Shown here piece by piece: positions 9,543 through 19,484 of a stretch of DNA of 64,000 nt (within the stretch, counting starts at the first letter, position 1; every line of letters starts with the position of its first letter). The notes under the pieces are model-generated. The model worked only from the letters and a program-made list of their open reading frames with translations. It was not told where the DNA came from and searched no databases. The stretch lies in sequence record MW749006.1, one strand, 5' to 3'. Made by a program: the position numbers and the translations under genes.

Positions 9543-10016
9543 ATGTCGGATACTATAGAAAAACAGTTGACTAGGTATTTAGCTGGTGTTAAAGATGAAG
9601 GTTTAAACGAGATAGCTAATCTGATAGACTTAGAAACTAACTTCTTGAAAGCTAGATGGCAAGTGTTATCTAAGGTAGTTCCACACATGGTCTTTGTTAA
9701 CGGTTATACGTTAGAGATTACTACCTGTGAAGAAGCTGGTGATATTACATATATCTTCAATAAAAGAACTACAAAAGAAATAACTATAGATTATGAAAAC
9801 TTCTATATAGATTTCATAAGTAAAGAAGAAGAACAGTTGGGTAGAGTGCAGTTAGTCGATATAGAAGATATCTTACTAATAAACAGTGACACTGGTGTGC
9901 TACATGACCTATGCGACATCTTAAGTTTTCTTTCAGACGAGCATGTAATGCCAACCCAGAAACCAGTGACTGATAACATCATTGAAGTAAACTTTAAAAC
10001 AAAGAAACTAATGTAA
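9543..10016 (+). CDS. Hypothetical protein
   Basis: Start moved to ATG 9543, downstream of the helicase stop and terminator. Confidence 0.6.
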   Translation: MSDTIEKQLTRYLAGVKDEGLNEIANLIDLETNFLKARWQVLSKVVPHMVFVNGYTLEITTCEEAGDITYIFNKRTTKEITIDYENFYIDFISKEEEQLGRVQLVDIEDILLINSDTGVLHDLCDILSFLSDEHVMPTQKPVTDNIIEVNFKTKKLM

Positions 10017-10028
10017 AGGGAGAAATGC

Positions 10029-10817
10029 ATGTACAGTTATTTTGGCTCATTAGAAGAAGCTAAACGTTACGGACCTATTCTTACAGGTAAAGTAGAAGGT
10101 AATGGTTCTAGGTTAATAGCAATCAATAACTATATCGACGATATTTCTAGCAATCGTGGTGTAGTTACTAGTAGCTTAGTAATACGTTTAAGTAAAAGTG
10201 CTAAGTGTAAAGTGTTGGAAATCAAACTACCTTTCTTAGTTAAGAATGAATGGTTTATTCGCAATACAGATAACATCCTTCATTTAAACGGTTTTGGTAA
10301 GAATAAAGTAATTACTCTCTTCTGGAAAGATAATGTTCACGTGAAGACTGAAGGACTAGATCCCTCTACTGGTGATGTTTTACTAGAAACTGAAAGTGCC
10401 TTTTATCTTAATAGTTGCGAAGGTGAATTCATTAGCGATTACTATTTAGTTAAGAACAAGAACAGTGATAAAGAGATAGGTTGTAAAGCACATATGTGTA
10501 GACATACCTACCGTAGACTCCCTAACTATCTTAAATATCTGGGTATGTTACTACCAAAAATCAAAGTTGACCGTATGGAACTTAAGTTCACAGATGAAGT
10601 AGGTCCTGAGTCTGGTAGCTGGAAAGGTGGTATATATAGTGCTAGTGGTATGACTGTCTTTAAAGAAGAGAACTTACCTAAAGCTGTAGCGCGTTACCTT
10701 GATAAGAAACAAGTTACAATTATACGCAAGTTAACTAAAGAAGAGTACTACGCTAAGTTCCCTGAAAAGAAACCTGAGAAAACAATGAATTACACTGGAG
10801 TAAACAAATGCGATTGA
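10029..10817 (+). CDS. Hypothetical protein
   Basis: 262-aa ORF with GGGAG RBS. Confidence 0.7.
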   Translation: MYSYFGSLEEAKRYGPILTGKVEGNGSRLIAINNYIDDISSNRGVVTSSLVIRLSKSAKCKVLEIKLPFLVKNEWFIRNTDNILHLNGFGKNKVITLFWKDNVHVKTEGLDPSTGDVLLETESAFYLNSCEGEFISDYYLVKNKNSDKEIGCKAHMCRHTYRRLPNYLKYLGMLLPKIKVDRMELKFTDEVGPESGSWKGGIYSASGMTVFKEENLPKAVARYLDKKQVTIIRKLTKEEYYAKFPEKKPEKTMNYTGVNKCD

Positions 10818-11473
10818 TATCACCTTCTGTAGAGATAATGAACTACACACCAAACATGGAAGCTACTATTGAAGAAGCTATTCGTACTTGTTATAAAAGT
10901 GAAGATAAGATCTGTGAAGGTTCTGCTAACAAGATCATTCGTAACATCATGGATCGTCACCACGAATCTACTATCGAACACGCTTTAATTACCGTTCGGT
11001 TTGTATGTGACCGTGGTGTAACACATGAAGGTGTTCGTCACCGTCTTAGTTCATTCAGTCAAGAGTCTACTCGTTACTGTGGTTACGATAAAGGTAAGTT
11101 CGGTAATGAGATCAGTGTGATTGATATCCGTGGTGGATTCCCTAACATGGGAGCTAGATTTGATGTCTGGTTAGAAGCTATGGAAGCAGCTGAAGGTTAC
11201 TACATGAAGATGAAGGAGATGGGGGCTACTTCAGAAGAAGCTCGTTCTGTTCTACCTAACTCTTTAAAGACTGAACTAGTCTGGAGTGCTAACCCTCGTT
11301 CGTGGCGACATGCTTTCCAGATGCGAGTAGAGAACTCTGCTCACCCGCAGATAGCAGAAGTGATGGTTCCTTTGTTGGAAGAGTTCAGTTCTAAGTGGCC
11401 AGTATTGTTTGAAGACATTGTTGTAGGTAGTAAACACCGTAGGTTTCTGAAAGATCCACAAACACATATATAG
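10808..11473 (+). CDS. thyX: Flavin-dependent thymidylate synthase ThyX
   Basis: HESTIEH, DRGVTHEGVRHRLSSFSQESTRY (RHRxxSxxxxSxRY motif), EEARSVLP, AHPQI. Confidence 0.95.
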   Translation: MRLISPSVEIMNYTPNMEATIEEAIRTCYKSEDKICEGSANKIIRNIMDRHHESTIEHALITVRFVCDRGVTHEGVRHRLSSFSQESTRYCGYDKGKFGNEISVIDIRGGFPNMGARFDVWLEAMEAAEGYYMKMKEMGATSEEARSVLPNSLKTELVWSANPRSWRHAFQMRVENSAHPQIAEVMVPLLEEFSSKWPVLFEDIVVGSKHRRFLKDPQTHI

Positions 11474-11536
11474 TACCTAGACTACTGAGCTATTCATTTA
11501 GCTCAGTAGCTTACTAACACATTTTAATATAAGGTA
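11464..11536 (+). promoter_or_regulatory. Promoter motif copy 3 + leader stem-loop + RBS module (paired with 42263-42334)
   Basis: acatatatagtac overlaps the thyX stop codon; hairpin ctactgagcta-ttcatt-tagctcagtag at 11482-11509. Confidence 0.75.
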
Positions 11537-11542
11537 ACTGTT

Positions 11543-11710
11543 ATGTCTTGTAATTGTGAGTTGAAAGAAGTAGTGTCAAAAAAGGATCTAGTAGACCGAC
11601 TTAAAAAGCTAGTTGGGGGTGACACTCAAGATCATTTTAAATACTTCTCTCCGATGTTAGTAACTAAACATCTTGAAGAAAAAAACAATTCTTCTAAATC
11701 TATAAATTAG
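11543..11710 (+). CDS. Small hypothetical protein (55 aa, below ORF-track cutoff)
   Basis: AAGGT RBS, ATG 11543 to TAG 11710, directly after the promoter module. Confidence 0.55.
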   Translation: MSCNCELKEVVSKKDLVDRLKKLVGGDTQDHFKYFSPMLVTKHLEEKNNSSKSIN

Positions 11711-11718
11711 GAACATCT

Positions 11719-11985
11719 ATGTCAGACTCACATGAAGAACGAGTGAAAGCATTGAAGGAAGGGATGTTAGTTAAGATTGACGATCTAGATGAACAAATGG
11801 AAAGGTTAAAGAAAGAAATGCTTGCTAAGATTAAGAGTCTTGAAGAAGACGATCCTATGCGTGAAAGGTTTCTAGGAGTGTATGAGTTACTAGAAGAAGA
11901 ATCTCCTCAAGAATTTGAAGAGAAGTTAAAGCAAGCTGAAGAAATAAATAACTCAATCGTGTTAAATCGAGAAACTAAACGTTAG
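11719..11985 (+). CDS. Hypothetical charged helical protein
   Basis: 88-aa ORF with RBS. Confidence 0.65.
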   Translation: MSDSHEERVKALKEGMLVKIDDLDEQMERLKKEMLAKIKSLEEDDPMRERFLGVYELLEEESPQEFEEKLKQAEEINNSIVLNRETKR

Positions 11986-11993
11986 AGGTTCCT

Positions 11994-12500
11994 ATGTCAG
12001 AGAAAACAGAATCTGAGCACAATTGGTCTTTGAGAGAAGAACGTGCTGTCCTAGAACAAGCATTTGAGCACTCCTCTAATCCGAAGAAATTGAAGAAGTT
12101 TGTAGCTAATCTATACAAGAAAGTTACAACTGACGAAGCTCGTTTAATGTGTCAGGATATCTATTCCTCTAAAGATCCTGTAAAGTATGTTAAAGATTCC
12201 ATAACTAGAGTTCGAGACTTTGCTATTCTAATCGAACAGTTTATGGAAGACGGTAACCATGGTGCTATCATCACTGGTAGTGGTGGTAGAGACGTTTATC
12301 CTATTAAGGTAGATGCCTTACCTCAGTGGTTAACTGGAGACGATCCATGGACTCAGGAGGACGAACTAGAGATCATGCTTAAAGCTACACGTGGTTGGAT
12401 GCAAGAGTATAATAAAGATTACTTCTACGGTAAGATAGTGTTGTTCCCTTACTTTGGATTCTCAGGTATACCTCGGGTTTACGAGTTAACAGCTAAATAA
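11994..12500 (+). CDS. Hypothetical protein
   Basis: 168-aa ORF with GAGG RBS. Confidence 0.7.
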   Translation: MSEKTESEHNWSLREERAVLEQAFEHSSNPKKLKKFVANLYKKVTTDEARLMCQDIYSSKDPVKYVKDSITRVRDFAILIEQFMEDGNHGAIITGSGGRDVYPIKVDALPQWLTGDDPWTQEDELEIMLKATRGWMQEYNKDYFYGKIVLFPYFGFSGIPRVYELTAK

Positions 12501-12515
12501 ATTAAGATAACTACT

Positions 12516-12545
12516 AGTCAACTACCCCTACCCAAAGGAAGGGGT
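12516..12545 (+). repeat. 30-bp hairpin-forming direct repeat, copy A
   Basis: agtcaactacccctacccaaaggaaggggt; 29/30 identical to 14859-14888. Confidence 0.85.
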
Positions 12546-12564
12546 CTCTGTAGAGTAAATTCCG

Positions 12565-13077
12565 ATGAAAGATAAACACGTAATATTAACAGGTGGAGTT
12601 CGTAAAGGGGAGTTTACAGTAGTATCCGCTAGTACTCCGCGCAAGGTAGCTATAGTTGGTGGAGAACTTAGTATACCGTTAGGTGACTACACCGTTGAGA
12701 ACAAACCAATCTTTAACACAGCTTTCAGAACACACACTGTAAACACTCTACTCTATGACAGTATCTACTCCCTCTTGTTAAGTAGTAGAGATAAAGAAAT
12801 AGCAATAGAACTCACTCACCCTGATAGAGTAGTCGATTTAACTTTACATCCCAACGGAGATCTAACCCAAACAGATAGCGATGTGATGCGAGGTTATATT
12901 GAGGATAACCTTATATCAGTAACCAACCCTAAAACCAATAAGGTTACACTCACTGTTAAGGTCTCTAACCATAAACTAAATATCAGACGCTACGACAATA
13001 AACAAATTATTGGTAGTGTTAAATTAGGTTTGAATATCAGATCCGAACCTACAATCTTTATTAAATACAAGGTTTAA
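12565..13077 (+). CDS. Hypothetical protein
   Basis: 170-aa ORF. Confidence 0.65.
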   Translation: MKDKHVILTGGVRKGEFTVVSASTPRKVAIVGGELSIPLGDYTVENKPIFNTAFRTHTVNTLLYDSIYSLLLSSRDKEIAIELTHPDRVVDLTLHPNGDLTQTDSDVMRGYIEDNLISVTNPKTNKVTLTVKVSNHKLNIRRYDNKQIIGSVKLGLNIRSEPTIFIKYKV

Positions 13078-13081
13078 TAAC

Positions 13082-13591
13082 ATGACTACATTAACTAAAG
13101 AAGATATAAACAATAACTTCATGGTAGATCCGAAGCTACGTAAGAAGCTTAACACATGGGTACAGCAGTACTATAACAACGTAACAGATTTAAGTTATAT
13201 TGCTGCTGGTTATTTTAGTAACTTCATAAATTGTCATTCTGACGGATTCTTTCGTATAGCATTTGACGGAGATTACTTTGACGTTGATACTCTAGAGGAC
13301 TCTGTGAAGACTCTACTTAAAGTTGACTCTGAACAGAACACCTTGTTAGTTGCAGCTGGAGACTGTGCTAGTCGCGTCTCTGATAGTGGTAAGTTTGTTA
13401 TTAGTATAGAAGGTCTAGGTGTGAAAGTTCGTCTAGTGATAGACACCCTGGCTATAGAAACAATACTTCACGAGCGGATACCTGGTGACACTGGTTTAGA
13501 TTGCGGTAGGATGTTAAACGAGATGCTTGAAAGTAATAGTAAATTACCAGAACGCAAAGTTCAAGTAATCGTTAAGAATATAAACAAGTAG
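13082..13591 (+). CDS. Hypothetical protein
   Basis: 169-aa ORF. Confidence 0.65.
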   Translation: MTTLTKEDINNNFMVDPKLRKKLNTWVQQYYNNVTDLSYIAAGYFSNFINCHSDGFFRIAFDGDYFDVDTLEDSVKTLLKVDSEQNTLLVAAGDCASRVSDSGKFVISIEGLGVKVRLVIDTLAIETILHERIPGDTGLDCGRMLNEMLESNSKLPERKVQVIVKNINK

Positions 13592-13600
13592 GGGTAGCAC

Positions 13601-14878
13601 ATGTACAGTGAAGACATCTTAAATAAAGTCTCTGTTGAAGTATTGAAAAAGATTCAGGGAGAGTTTGGTATTGAGGTCAGACTATCCCGAGGTCACACTG
13701 GCGAGGTTTGGAGTGAAAACTTAAGTTACATAGTTGATCTTCTTAACGGATCAGTTAAGAAGTTACTTGTGTGTTTAAAGGACAACACTATAGCTGAAGT
13801 ATACGTTCTTGAAAGAGATGAACATCGCTTAGTCATTAGAATAGCACCTACTGATAAGAAACTAGATTCTAGTCGCTTGGTGTTTGAACTTAGCCATTTA
13901 GTTGAAAACAAAGAAAGTTCTTACAATAACGAGTTGTTGTGTAAGCTGTCAATTCGGATTATTAAAGACATCAAACAAACAGTAGAGACAGGAACTTTAA
14001 GTTACGAAAATATCAGCATTAACTCGGGTATAACTCGACTACCTTTCACTAAGGAAACAGTAGTTAATTTATTATCCCAGACTAGTCTTAAAGTGGTGGT
14101 AAATGTAATAAGTGATAGTCTAGTAAGAAGTTCTACTTGGTGTATAACTTTCACTAAGAAAGAAGATCATCTGTTAATGAAGTTACAACGAACTTTCAAT
14201 ACAAAAGTTCATGAATTTAGTTACGCACTAGCAAACTACGTTACTATTATAAACGAAACTTCTGAAACTAATGAACAATTCAACACTATGTTGAAATTAA
14301 TCAGACCGTATGAAACGGATCGCTTAACTTCAGTCAACATGCCCTCTAACCGATATCCTAAGGAAGAAAACGTGATTAAACAAGAACAAGGTTTGCCTTT
14401 TGACCTAGAACAGTTATGTAACAAGGTTAGTAACACATGCGGTTCTGTTCACTCGTTAAAGGAAACAATAAGCGCTATCACACAAAACCAAGAACTTACA
14501 GTTCAGCTAGAAAGACAAAAGACACGCTTTCTGCTAGAAGTAACCGGTGATATTGTTTCTAATTGGAACTCAGCTGTAGAGTTTCGATTCTCCCCTGACT
14601 TACCTGTAGAATCTCTGTTCTTACATTTCCCAGAAAGAAGTGTAGATCTGAACCGATACGTAGTTACTTTTCTAAACAACTGTAAACTAAAGTACATTCA
14701 TAAAACAGATGTTAAAGAAGAACATTACTTACTGAGTGTAGAGTTAGACGATAAAACTTACAACGTAGGTATTCCTGTTAACGCTGTTGATTTCATCACC
14801 ATTCTATCTGCCTTCGGTGGTCGAGTGGAGATCAGCACTCTGTTGGATCATTTTCGAAAGTCAACTACCCCTACCTAA
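13601..14878 (+). CDS. Hypothetical protein
   Basis: 425-aa ORF; last codons (KSTTPT*) are supplied by repeat copy B. Confidence 0.7.
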   Translation: MYSEDILNKVSVEVLKKIQGEFGIEVRLSRGHTGEVWSENLSYIVDLLNGSVKKLLVCLKDNTIAEVYVLERDEHRLVIRIAPTDKKLDSSRLVFELSHLVENKESSYNNELLCKLSIRIIKDIKQTVETGTLSYENISINSGITRLPFTKETVVNLLSQTSLKVVVNVISDSLVRSSTWCITFTKKEDHLLMKLQRTFNTKVHEFSYALANYVTIINETSETNEQFNTMLKLIRPYETDRLTSVNMPSNRYPKEENVIKQEQGLPFDLEQLCNKVSNTCGSVHSLKETISAITQNQELTVQLERQKTRFLLEVTGDIVSNWNSAVEFRFSPDLPVESLFLHFPERSVDLNRYVVTFLNNCKLKYIHKTDVKEEHYLLSVELDDKTYNVGIPVNAVDFITILSAFGGRVEISTLLDHFRKSTTPT

Positions 14879-14888
14879 AGGAAGGGGT
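14859..14888 (+). repeat. 30-bp hairpin-forming direct repeat, copy B
   Basis: agtcaactacccctacctaaaggaaggggt. Confidence 0.85.
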
Positions 14889-14907
14889 TTCCATGGAGTA
14901 AACAATT

Positions 14908-15249
14908 ATGAAAGATCTAGGTAAGATAAACTACAAGTACATCAAAGACCCAGAACCAACTAAACAAGAAGGTTTGTGTGTGGTTGTAGTGTTTCGAAAA
15001 GATATAAGCGTCTTGGAAGATTTACTTATACTAGGTATGTGTAACACTAATTTACCAAGTAACGTCCTTAAACTTAAACCTTGCAAGTTCAACTTAACTA
15101 CAGATGTTGAGAAGAACGAATTCATTCTAGATATAGACACTGAGATTCTTGTAGACTACAAGATCAAATGTCACTTGTTCTTAGTTGACGAAGTATATCT
15201 AGCGTTACCAGATGGTCGTAAGGTACATAACCTTTACACTAAACTTTAA
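14908..15249 (+). CDS. Hypothetical protein
   Basis: 113-aa ORF with GGAG RBS. Confidence 0.65.
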   Translation: MKDLGKINYKYIKDPEPTKQEGLCVVVVFRKDISVLEDLLILGMCNTNLPSNVLKLKPCKFNLTTDVEKNEFILDIDTEILVDYKIKCHLFLVDEVYLALPDGRKVHNLYTKL

Positions 15250-15259
15250 GGAGTATAAC

Positions 15260-15754
15260 ATGACTCACATTGAGAAATTGAGTAAGTTGATCTTAGATGA
15301 CAATAAGATCACTACAATGATTAGCGATGCGTTAAAAGAACGGTATCGTTTAGAGTTGGCTTATCTAAAGACTGAAGATAAGTTACAAGAATTAGCAGAC
15401 GCCATGATTCTTCAGTTAGTTAATAACTGGAACCAAGGGGCTGTTATTACTTTTAACAAAGAAGTAATAGTAGAAGAACACTTCACAGGTTCTAAAGTTG
15501 TAACTATTGATATCGTAAAGAACTCTGTAACTACGAAGGACTCTGTGCTTCGCATTGACATTGACACTGAAGTTAGTGAAGGTGGGTATTTGATTACCAT
15601 CTTCCGCGATGATGAAGCCACTCGGGTTAAGTGTCACCGTGACTTTATTAAGGAGATTCTGTTGATCACTGAAGATGATACACGCATATCTTTAAGTGAA
15701 GTAGTTCTTAACGTAACGAAAGAGCTAACTGAGAAACTATCCAATAAAGAGTAG
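15260..15754 (+). CDS. Hypothetical protein
   Basis: Start at ATG 15260 with AAGGAG RBS. Confidence 0.7.
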   Translation: MTHIEKLSKLILDDNKITTMISDALKERYRLELAYLKTEDKLQELADAMILQLVNNWNQGAVITFNKEVIVEEHFTGSKVVTIDIVKNSVTTKDSVLRIDIDTEVSEGGYLITIFRDDEATRVKCHRDFIKEILLITEDDTRISLSEVVLNVTKELTEKLSNKE

Positions 15755-15760
15755 AGCGAT

Positions 15761-16405
15761 ATGCAACCACATGTTTTCTTTGTAGATGGACCCAATGCTG
15801 TTGGTAAAGATTACTTCATTGAAGGACTAACTAATACTATTAATGAACTACACCCAGAAGTAGAAGTTATTAACATACGAGCTACAGACTATCTCCCTAA
15901 GAAGGTGGTCCGTAAGTATGAAAATGACCAAACTAACCGTGTGTTCGCTGAAGAGATCTTCCGTGGACACATTAAACTACTGTGTGATATAGCAGATAAA
16001 GCTAAAGAGAATACAGTAATAATCCTTAACCGTACCTTGATTACTTACTTAGTCTACAATGTCTACCCTCGCTTACAAGCTCTGAGTGACCGTGTGGATG
16101 GGGATTACGATGAGGTACATAGTAGCATTGAAATCTACGGATTACTCCTCCAGAAGGTTCTACCGGACGCACAGACTACCTTTGTGCGTTTAGATCTACC
16201 TGGAGATTCAGTTCAAGCAACAGAAGATACTATTGAACGTATGTTAGCTCGTGGTGAGTCTAAAGAAATAGACAAGACATGGGTAAGATACTTAATAGAT
16301 CAGTTCCGTGAAAACTACGATACACATTACACTAGTTACAAAAACTATGTACATTGTAGTAGTGAACATTATAAAATAGTAGCTAAGAAATACTTAGTCA
16401 ACTAA
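15761..16405 (+). CDS. Deoxynucleoside monophosphate (thymidylate-like) kinase
   Basis: N-terminal FFVDGPNAVGKD P-loop, ILNRTLITYLVY (DR-motif region), ERMLARGE lid. Confidence 0.7.
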   Translation: MQPHVFFVDGPNAVGKDYFIEGLTNTINELHPEVEVINIRATDYLPKKVVRKYENDQTNRVFAEEIFRGHIKLLCDIADKAKENTVIILNRTLITYLVYNVYPRLQALSDRVDGDYDEVHSSIEIYGLLLQKVLPDAQTTFVRLDLPGDSVQATEDTIERMLARGESKEIDKTWVRYLIDQFRENYDTHYTSYKNYVHCSSEHYKIVAKKYLVN

Positions 16406-16447
16406 CTCAACGAAAGTTATTATTCTTAACATATAGGAAACATAAAC

Positions 16448-16927
16448 ATGTTAGACAACTTAGATACTCTTGAAATTGTAGACGACGAACTTGTAAAGAA
16501 AACAAAACCAAAGAAAGACTACACTAAGTATTACTATTGGTTATTTGCTCTCTTCATTCTAACTTCGATCTTTGGTGTATTAGCTAAAGAAGCTAAAGAC
16601 TCGTTTGTTAGTAAAACAGTAGTGGATGTTCGTCCCTGTGAATACAACGTGAAAGGAGTGGAGGTCAAAGGTAAACGTTACTATACTTATAAGTACAACG
16701 AAGTGTTTGGTATTCGTTTCATTGATACCTCTAAGATTGGTGAACGCACGGATATTCTACATGAGTTTAAAGGAACTACAATTATCGGTATGAACGACTC
16801 TGAATGGTGGTCACTTAACTTAGGTAAAGGTGAACCCACTATTAAAACACTAGGTAAAGCAGAGTCCTACACTTTTGTTCAAGATGGTTTAGCTGGAGTA
16901 GTAAGCTATGACAACTTCTGTAAATAA
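16448..16927 (+). CDS. Membrane-anchored hypothetical protein
   Basis: Single hydrophobic segment YYWLFALFILTSIFGVLA after a basic patch. Confidence 0.65.
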   Translation: MLDNLDTLEIVDDELVKKTKPKKDYTKYYYWLFALFILTSIFGVLAKEAKDSFVSKTVVDVRPCEYNVKGVEVKGKRYYTYKYNEVFGIRFIDTSKIGERTDILHEFKGTTIIGMNDSEWWSLNLGKGEPTIKTLGKAESYTFVQDGLAGVVSYDNFCK

Positions 16928-17426
16928 GGTAGATCACGTACAGGAAGACCTAGTTAAGACTATAGGTATTAGTAAACGACATAGTAACCGTGCTTTAGTC
17001 AGTATGTCTAAACTGATTAGAGCTAACCGTGAAATACTTAGTCTAGTTAACACCTCAAAAGTTATCTATAATAACCTGTGGGTAGACTTAGTTAACAAGT
17101 GGTCTTCTGTTGGTACTGTAGAGATTATATTTCCTGAAGACTTCGATCTAATAGCTATGTTCGATGTTAACGAAGACTTAATAATCAACTTAACAGAAAA
17201 CTCTATAAGTTATAAATCTAACCAATTCATACTGGGTACTAGAAACACTAGTGAAGGTAAGTTCATTACTATCACGGGTAAAAAGAAATATAAGGATTAT
17301 CTTACTACCTTTGACTCTGAATTAGTGATGGACGTAACTTTAGTTTGGATGGATGGATCTAACGCAACGTTAATCAGTGTAACTACTTTAATAGAGAGTT
17401 ACCTTGAAGAACTAAAGTCGATGTAA
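16908..17426 (+). CDS. Hypothetical protein
   Basis: 172-aa ORF. Confidence 0.65.
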   Translation: MTTSVNKVDHVQEDLVKTIGISKRHSNRALVSMSKLIRANREILSLVNTSKVIYNNLWVDLVNKWSSVGTVEIIFPEDFDLIAMFDVNEDLIINLTENSISYKSNQFILGTRNTSEGKFITITGKKKYKDYLTTFDSELVMDVTLVWMDGSNATLISVTTLIESYLEELKSM

Positions 17427-17434
17427 AGAAACAG

Positions 17435-17472
17435 GAGAGAGGGGATTATTCCTCTCTTTCTTTTTTCTTTTT
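17435..17472 (+). terminator. Intrinsic terminator
   Basis: gagagagggg-atta-ttcctctc followed by a T-tract. Confidence 0.7.
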
Positions 17473-17528
17473 TATAATTAGCTGTATGATATGAAATCAT
17501 TACCCTCTTTGTCGTGAGATATATACAT

Positions 17529-19067
17529 ATGGATGCCCGAACAATCTTATCCAAGATCATTGCCCTCATTTATAGAACTAGATTGTTAGGTGAGTTGGAG
17601 AATGATGACCTTACAAAAACGGTCTTAGGTACTATTGAAACAGATTCACCGGACTTTAACTTCCTTGGGAAGAATAGTGTAAAGAGTTTTAAAGATCTTT
17701 GTATGTCGTTGTTAGAGGAAACTGATCCTATTCCTAAAGAAGTGTTGATACCTCAAGTATCCATTGTTTTAGAGAACGATCCTAAGTTGTTGAAAGTGGT
17801 TAAAGATTCTATCGAACAAGAGTATGATGACTCTTCAAGTAAACGTATCATCACTAACATCACAAAGACATTAAACAACTACTACCGTGAACAGTTAGCT
17901 GTAGGTATTTTATCTAAGCTAAGTTACAATCTAAAGTTTAACCGTAACAAGATCGGTAACTTCGGGGATTACTTACAAAACGCTATCTCTGAATTAGAAC
18001 CATTAACCACTGTAGTGTCTTCTATGAAAGATCCTGCTGTAGTTAATGAGTTAGACTTTGAGAACTCTGAGTCTGTTGAGAAAGTCTTTAATGAAGTAAA
18101 GAACTTAAATAACAACAAGAGCGTTTACAAGACCGGTTGGCAAGGTTTAAACAGAATGACTCAGGGTGGTATTCGTCGTGGTGAGTTTGTCACTATGGGA
18201 GCACTACAACACAAGTATAAGACTGGTAGTACATTGAGTATGTTTATGCAGATAGCATTACATAACCAACCTATCGTAACTCCTGAAGAGGCAGGTAAGA
18301 AACCTTTACTGTTACGTATCTCTTTTGAGGATAGCTTAACTAACAACGTACAGTTCATGTATCAATACTTGAAAGCGGTAGATGGTGAAATGCTTAAACC
18401 TAAAGACTTTGAGTATTTAGATAGTAAAGACATGACTCAATACGTTATGCAGAAACTAACTGCTACTGGATTTCATGTTAAGATGATGCGGGTAGATCCT
18501 AGTCAATGGACTTATAGTTCTATCTTTAATAAGATACTAGAGTATGAAGCGCAAGGTTACTGTGTTCACTTACTAATGGTTGACTACTTATTAATGATAC
18601 CGACTACAGGGTGTGTACAAGGAGCTACAGGAGCTGATAAGCGTGACTTGATACGTCGGGTACGTAACTTCTGTTCAGCGCGTGCTGTGGCGTTCCTGAC
18701 TCCTCTACAGCTATCAACTGAAGCTAAACAACTAACACGTAACGGTGTACCTAATCACATGTTCTTAAAAGAGATTGCTGAGAAAGGTTACTACGATGGT
18801 TGTAGGACAGTTGACCAAGAAATCGACTTAGAGTTGTATGTACATCTGTTTAGTCATAAGGGTAAGAAGTTACTTCAGTTCCAACGAGGTAAACACAGGT
18901 TACCTACAGTGATACCAGATGAAGATCTTAACTTTATGTTACAATTTCCTGGTTTAAACATTCCAGTGTTAGAAGACATTAACGGTGATGATAGTTCATT
19001 TACTCGTTTACCTACTGGTGGTGACTCTTCAGGTAATAGTGGGTTGCTAGACGAGATCTTAGGGTAA
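17529..19067 (+). CDS. dnaB: DnaB-like replicative helicase (phiKZ gp118-like)
   Basis: TGWQGLN, GGIRRGE, degenerate Walker A GALQHKYKTG typical of phiKZ-like DnaB, ISFED, MVDYL, TPLQLS, QRGKHR. ATG 17529 preferred over GTG 17514. Confidence 0.88.
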   Translation: MDARTILSKIIALIYRTRLLGELENDDLTKTVLGTIETDSPDFNFLGKNSVKSFKDLCMSLLEETDPIPKEVLIPQVSIVLENDPKLLKVVKDSIEQEYDDSSSKRIITNITKTLNNYYREQLAVGILSKLSYNLKFNRNKIGNFGDYLQNAISELEPLTTVVSSMKDPAVVNELDFENSESVEKVFNEVKNLNNNKSVYKTGWQGLNRMTQGGIRRGEFVTMGALQHKYKTGSTLSMFMQIALHNQPIVTPEEAGKKPLLLRISFEDSLTNNVQFMYQYLKAVDGEMLKPKDFEYLDSKDMTQYVMQKLTATGFHVKMMRVDPSQWTYSSIFNKILEYEAQGYCVHLLMVDYLLMIPTTGCVQGATGADKRDLIRRVRNFCSARAVAFLTPLQLSTEAKQLTRNGVPNHMFLKEIAEKGYYDGCRTVDQEIDLELYVHLFSHKGKKLLQFQRGKHRLPTVIPDEDLNFMLQFPGLNIPVLEDINGDDSSFTRLPTGGDSSGNSGLLDEILG

Positions 19068-19097
19068 TATTTTGGTTGTATCAATAGTCTATTTGGA

Positions 19098-19424
19098 GTG
19101 ACAAAAATGAAGTTTAGAAATGTTTTCTTGGGTATTGGTTCTATCTTAACTATCCTTGTGTTGTTCTTAAGTGATCCAGATGGTGGTTTAGTTCAAAACC
19201 TTCCATTTGGTAGTGGTACTGTTTCACTGTTGATTATGTTGGTTATTAGTATTCTTTACATTGGTCTGTTACACTTAGCTCGTAAAGCTTTGTTTGACTA
19301 TCTTAACTTAGAAGCATACTTTAAGAAAGCATTGTTAACACCAGAAGGTTCTGGTATGGCTTTGATCTCAGTGGCGATCGCGATGGTTGCTATTGCTGTA
19401 GTTATTCTAGCTGCTACAAATTAG
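19098..19424 (+). CDS. Three-TM membrane protein, putative holin-like
   Basis: Three hydrophobic segments. LSDPD and RKALFDY motifs resemble holin-annotated proteins of N4-like phages (recollection). Confidence 0.5.
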   Translation: MTKMKFRNVFLGIGSILTILVLFLSDPDGGLVQNLPFGSGTVSLLIMLVISILYIGLLHLARKALFDYLNLEAYFKKALLTPEGSGMALISVAIAMVAIAVVILAATN

Positions 19425-19434
19425 ACTGTTTAAT

Positions 19435-19468
19435 ACCCTCCTACTAATAACAGTAGGAGGGTTTCTTT
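19435..19468 (+). terminator. Intrinsic terminator
   Basis: accctcctac-taataaca-gtaggagggt-ttcttt. Confidence 0.8.
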
Positions 19469-19484
19469 ATTGGAGTGAGGTTAC

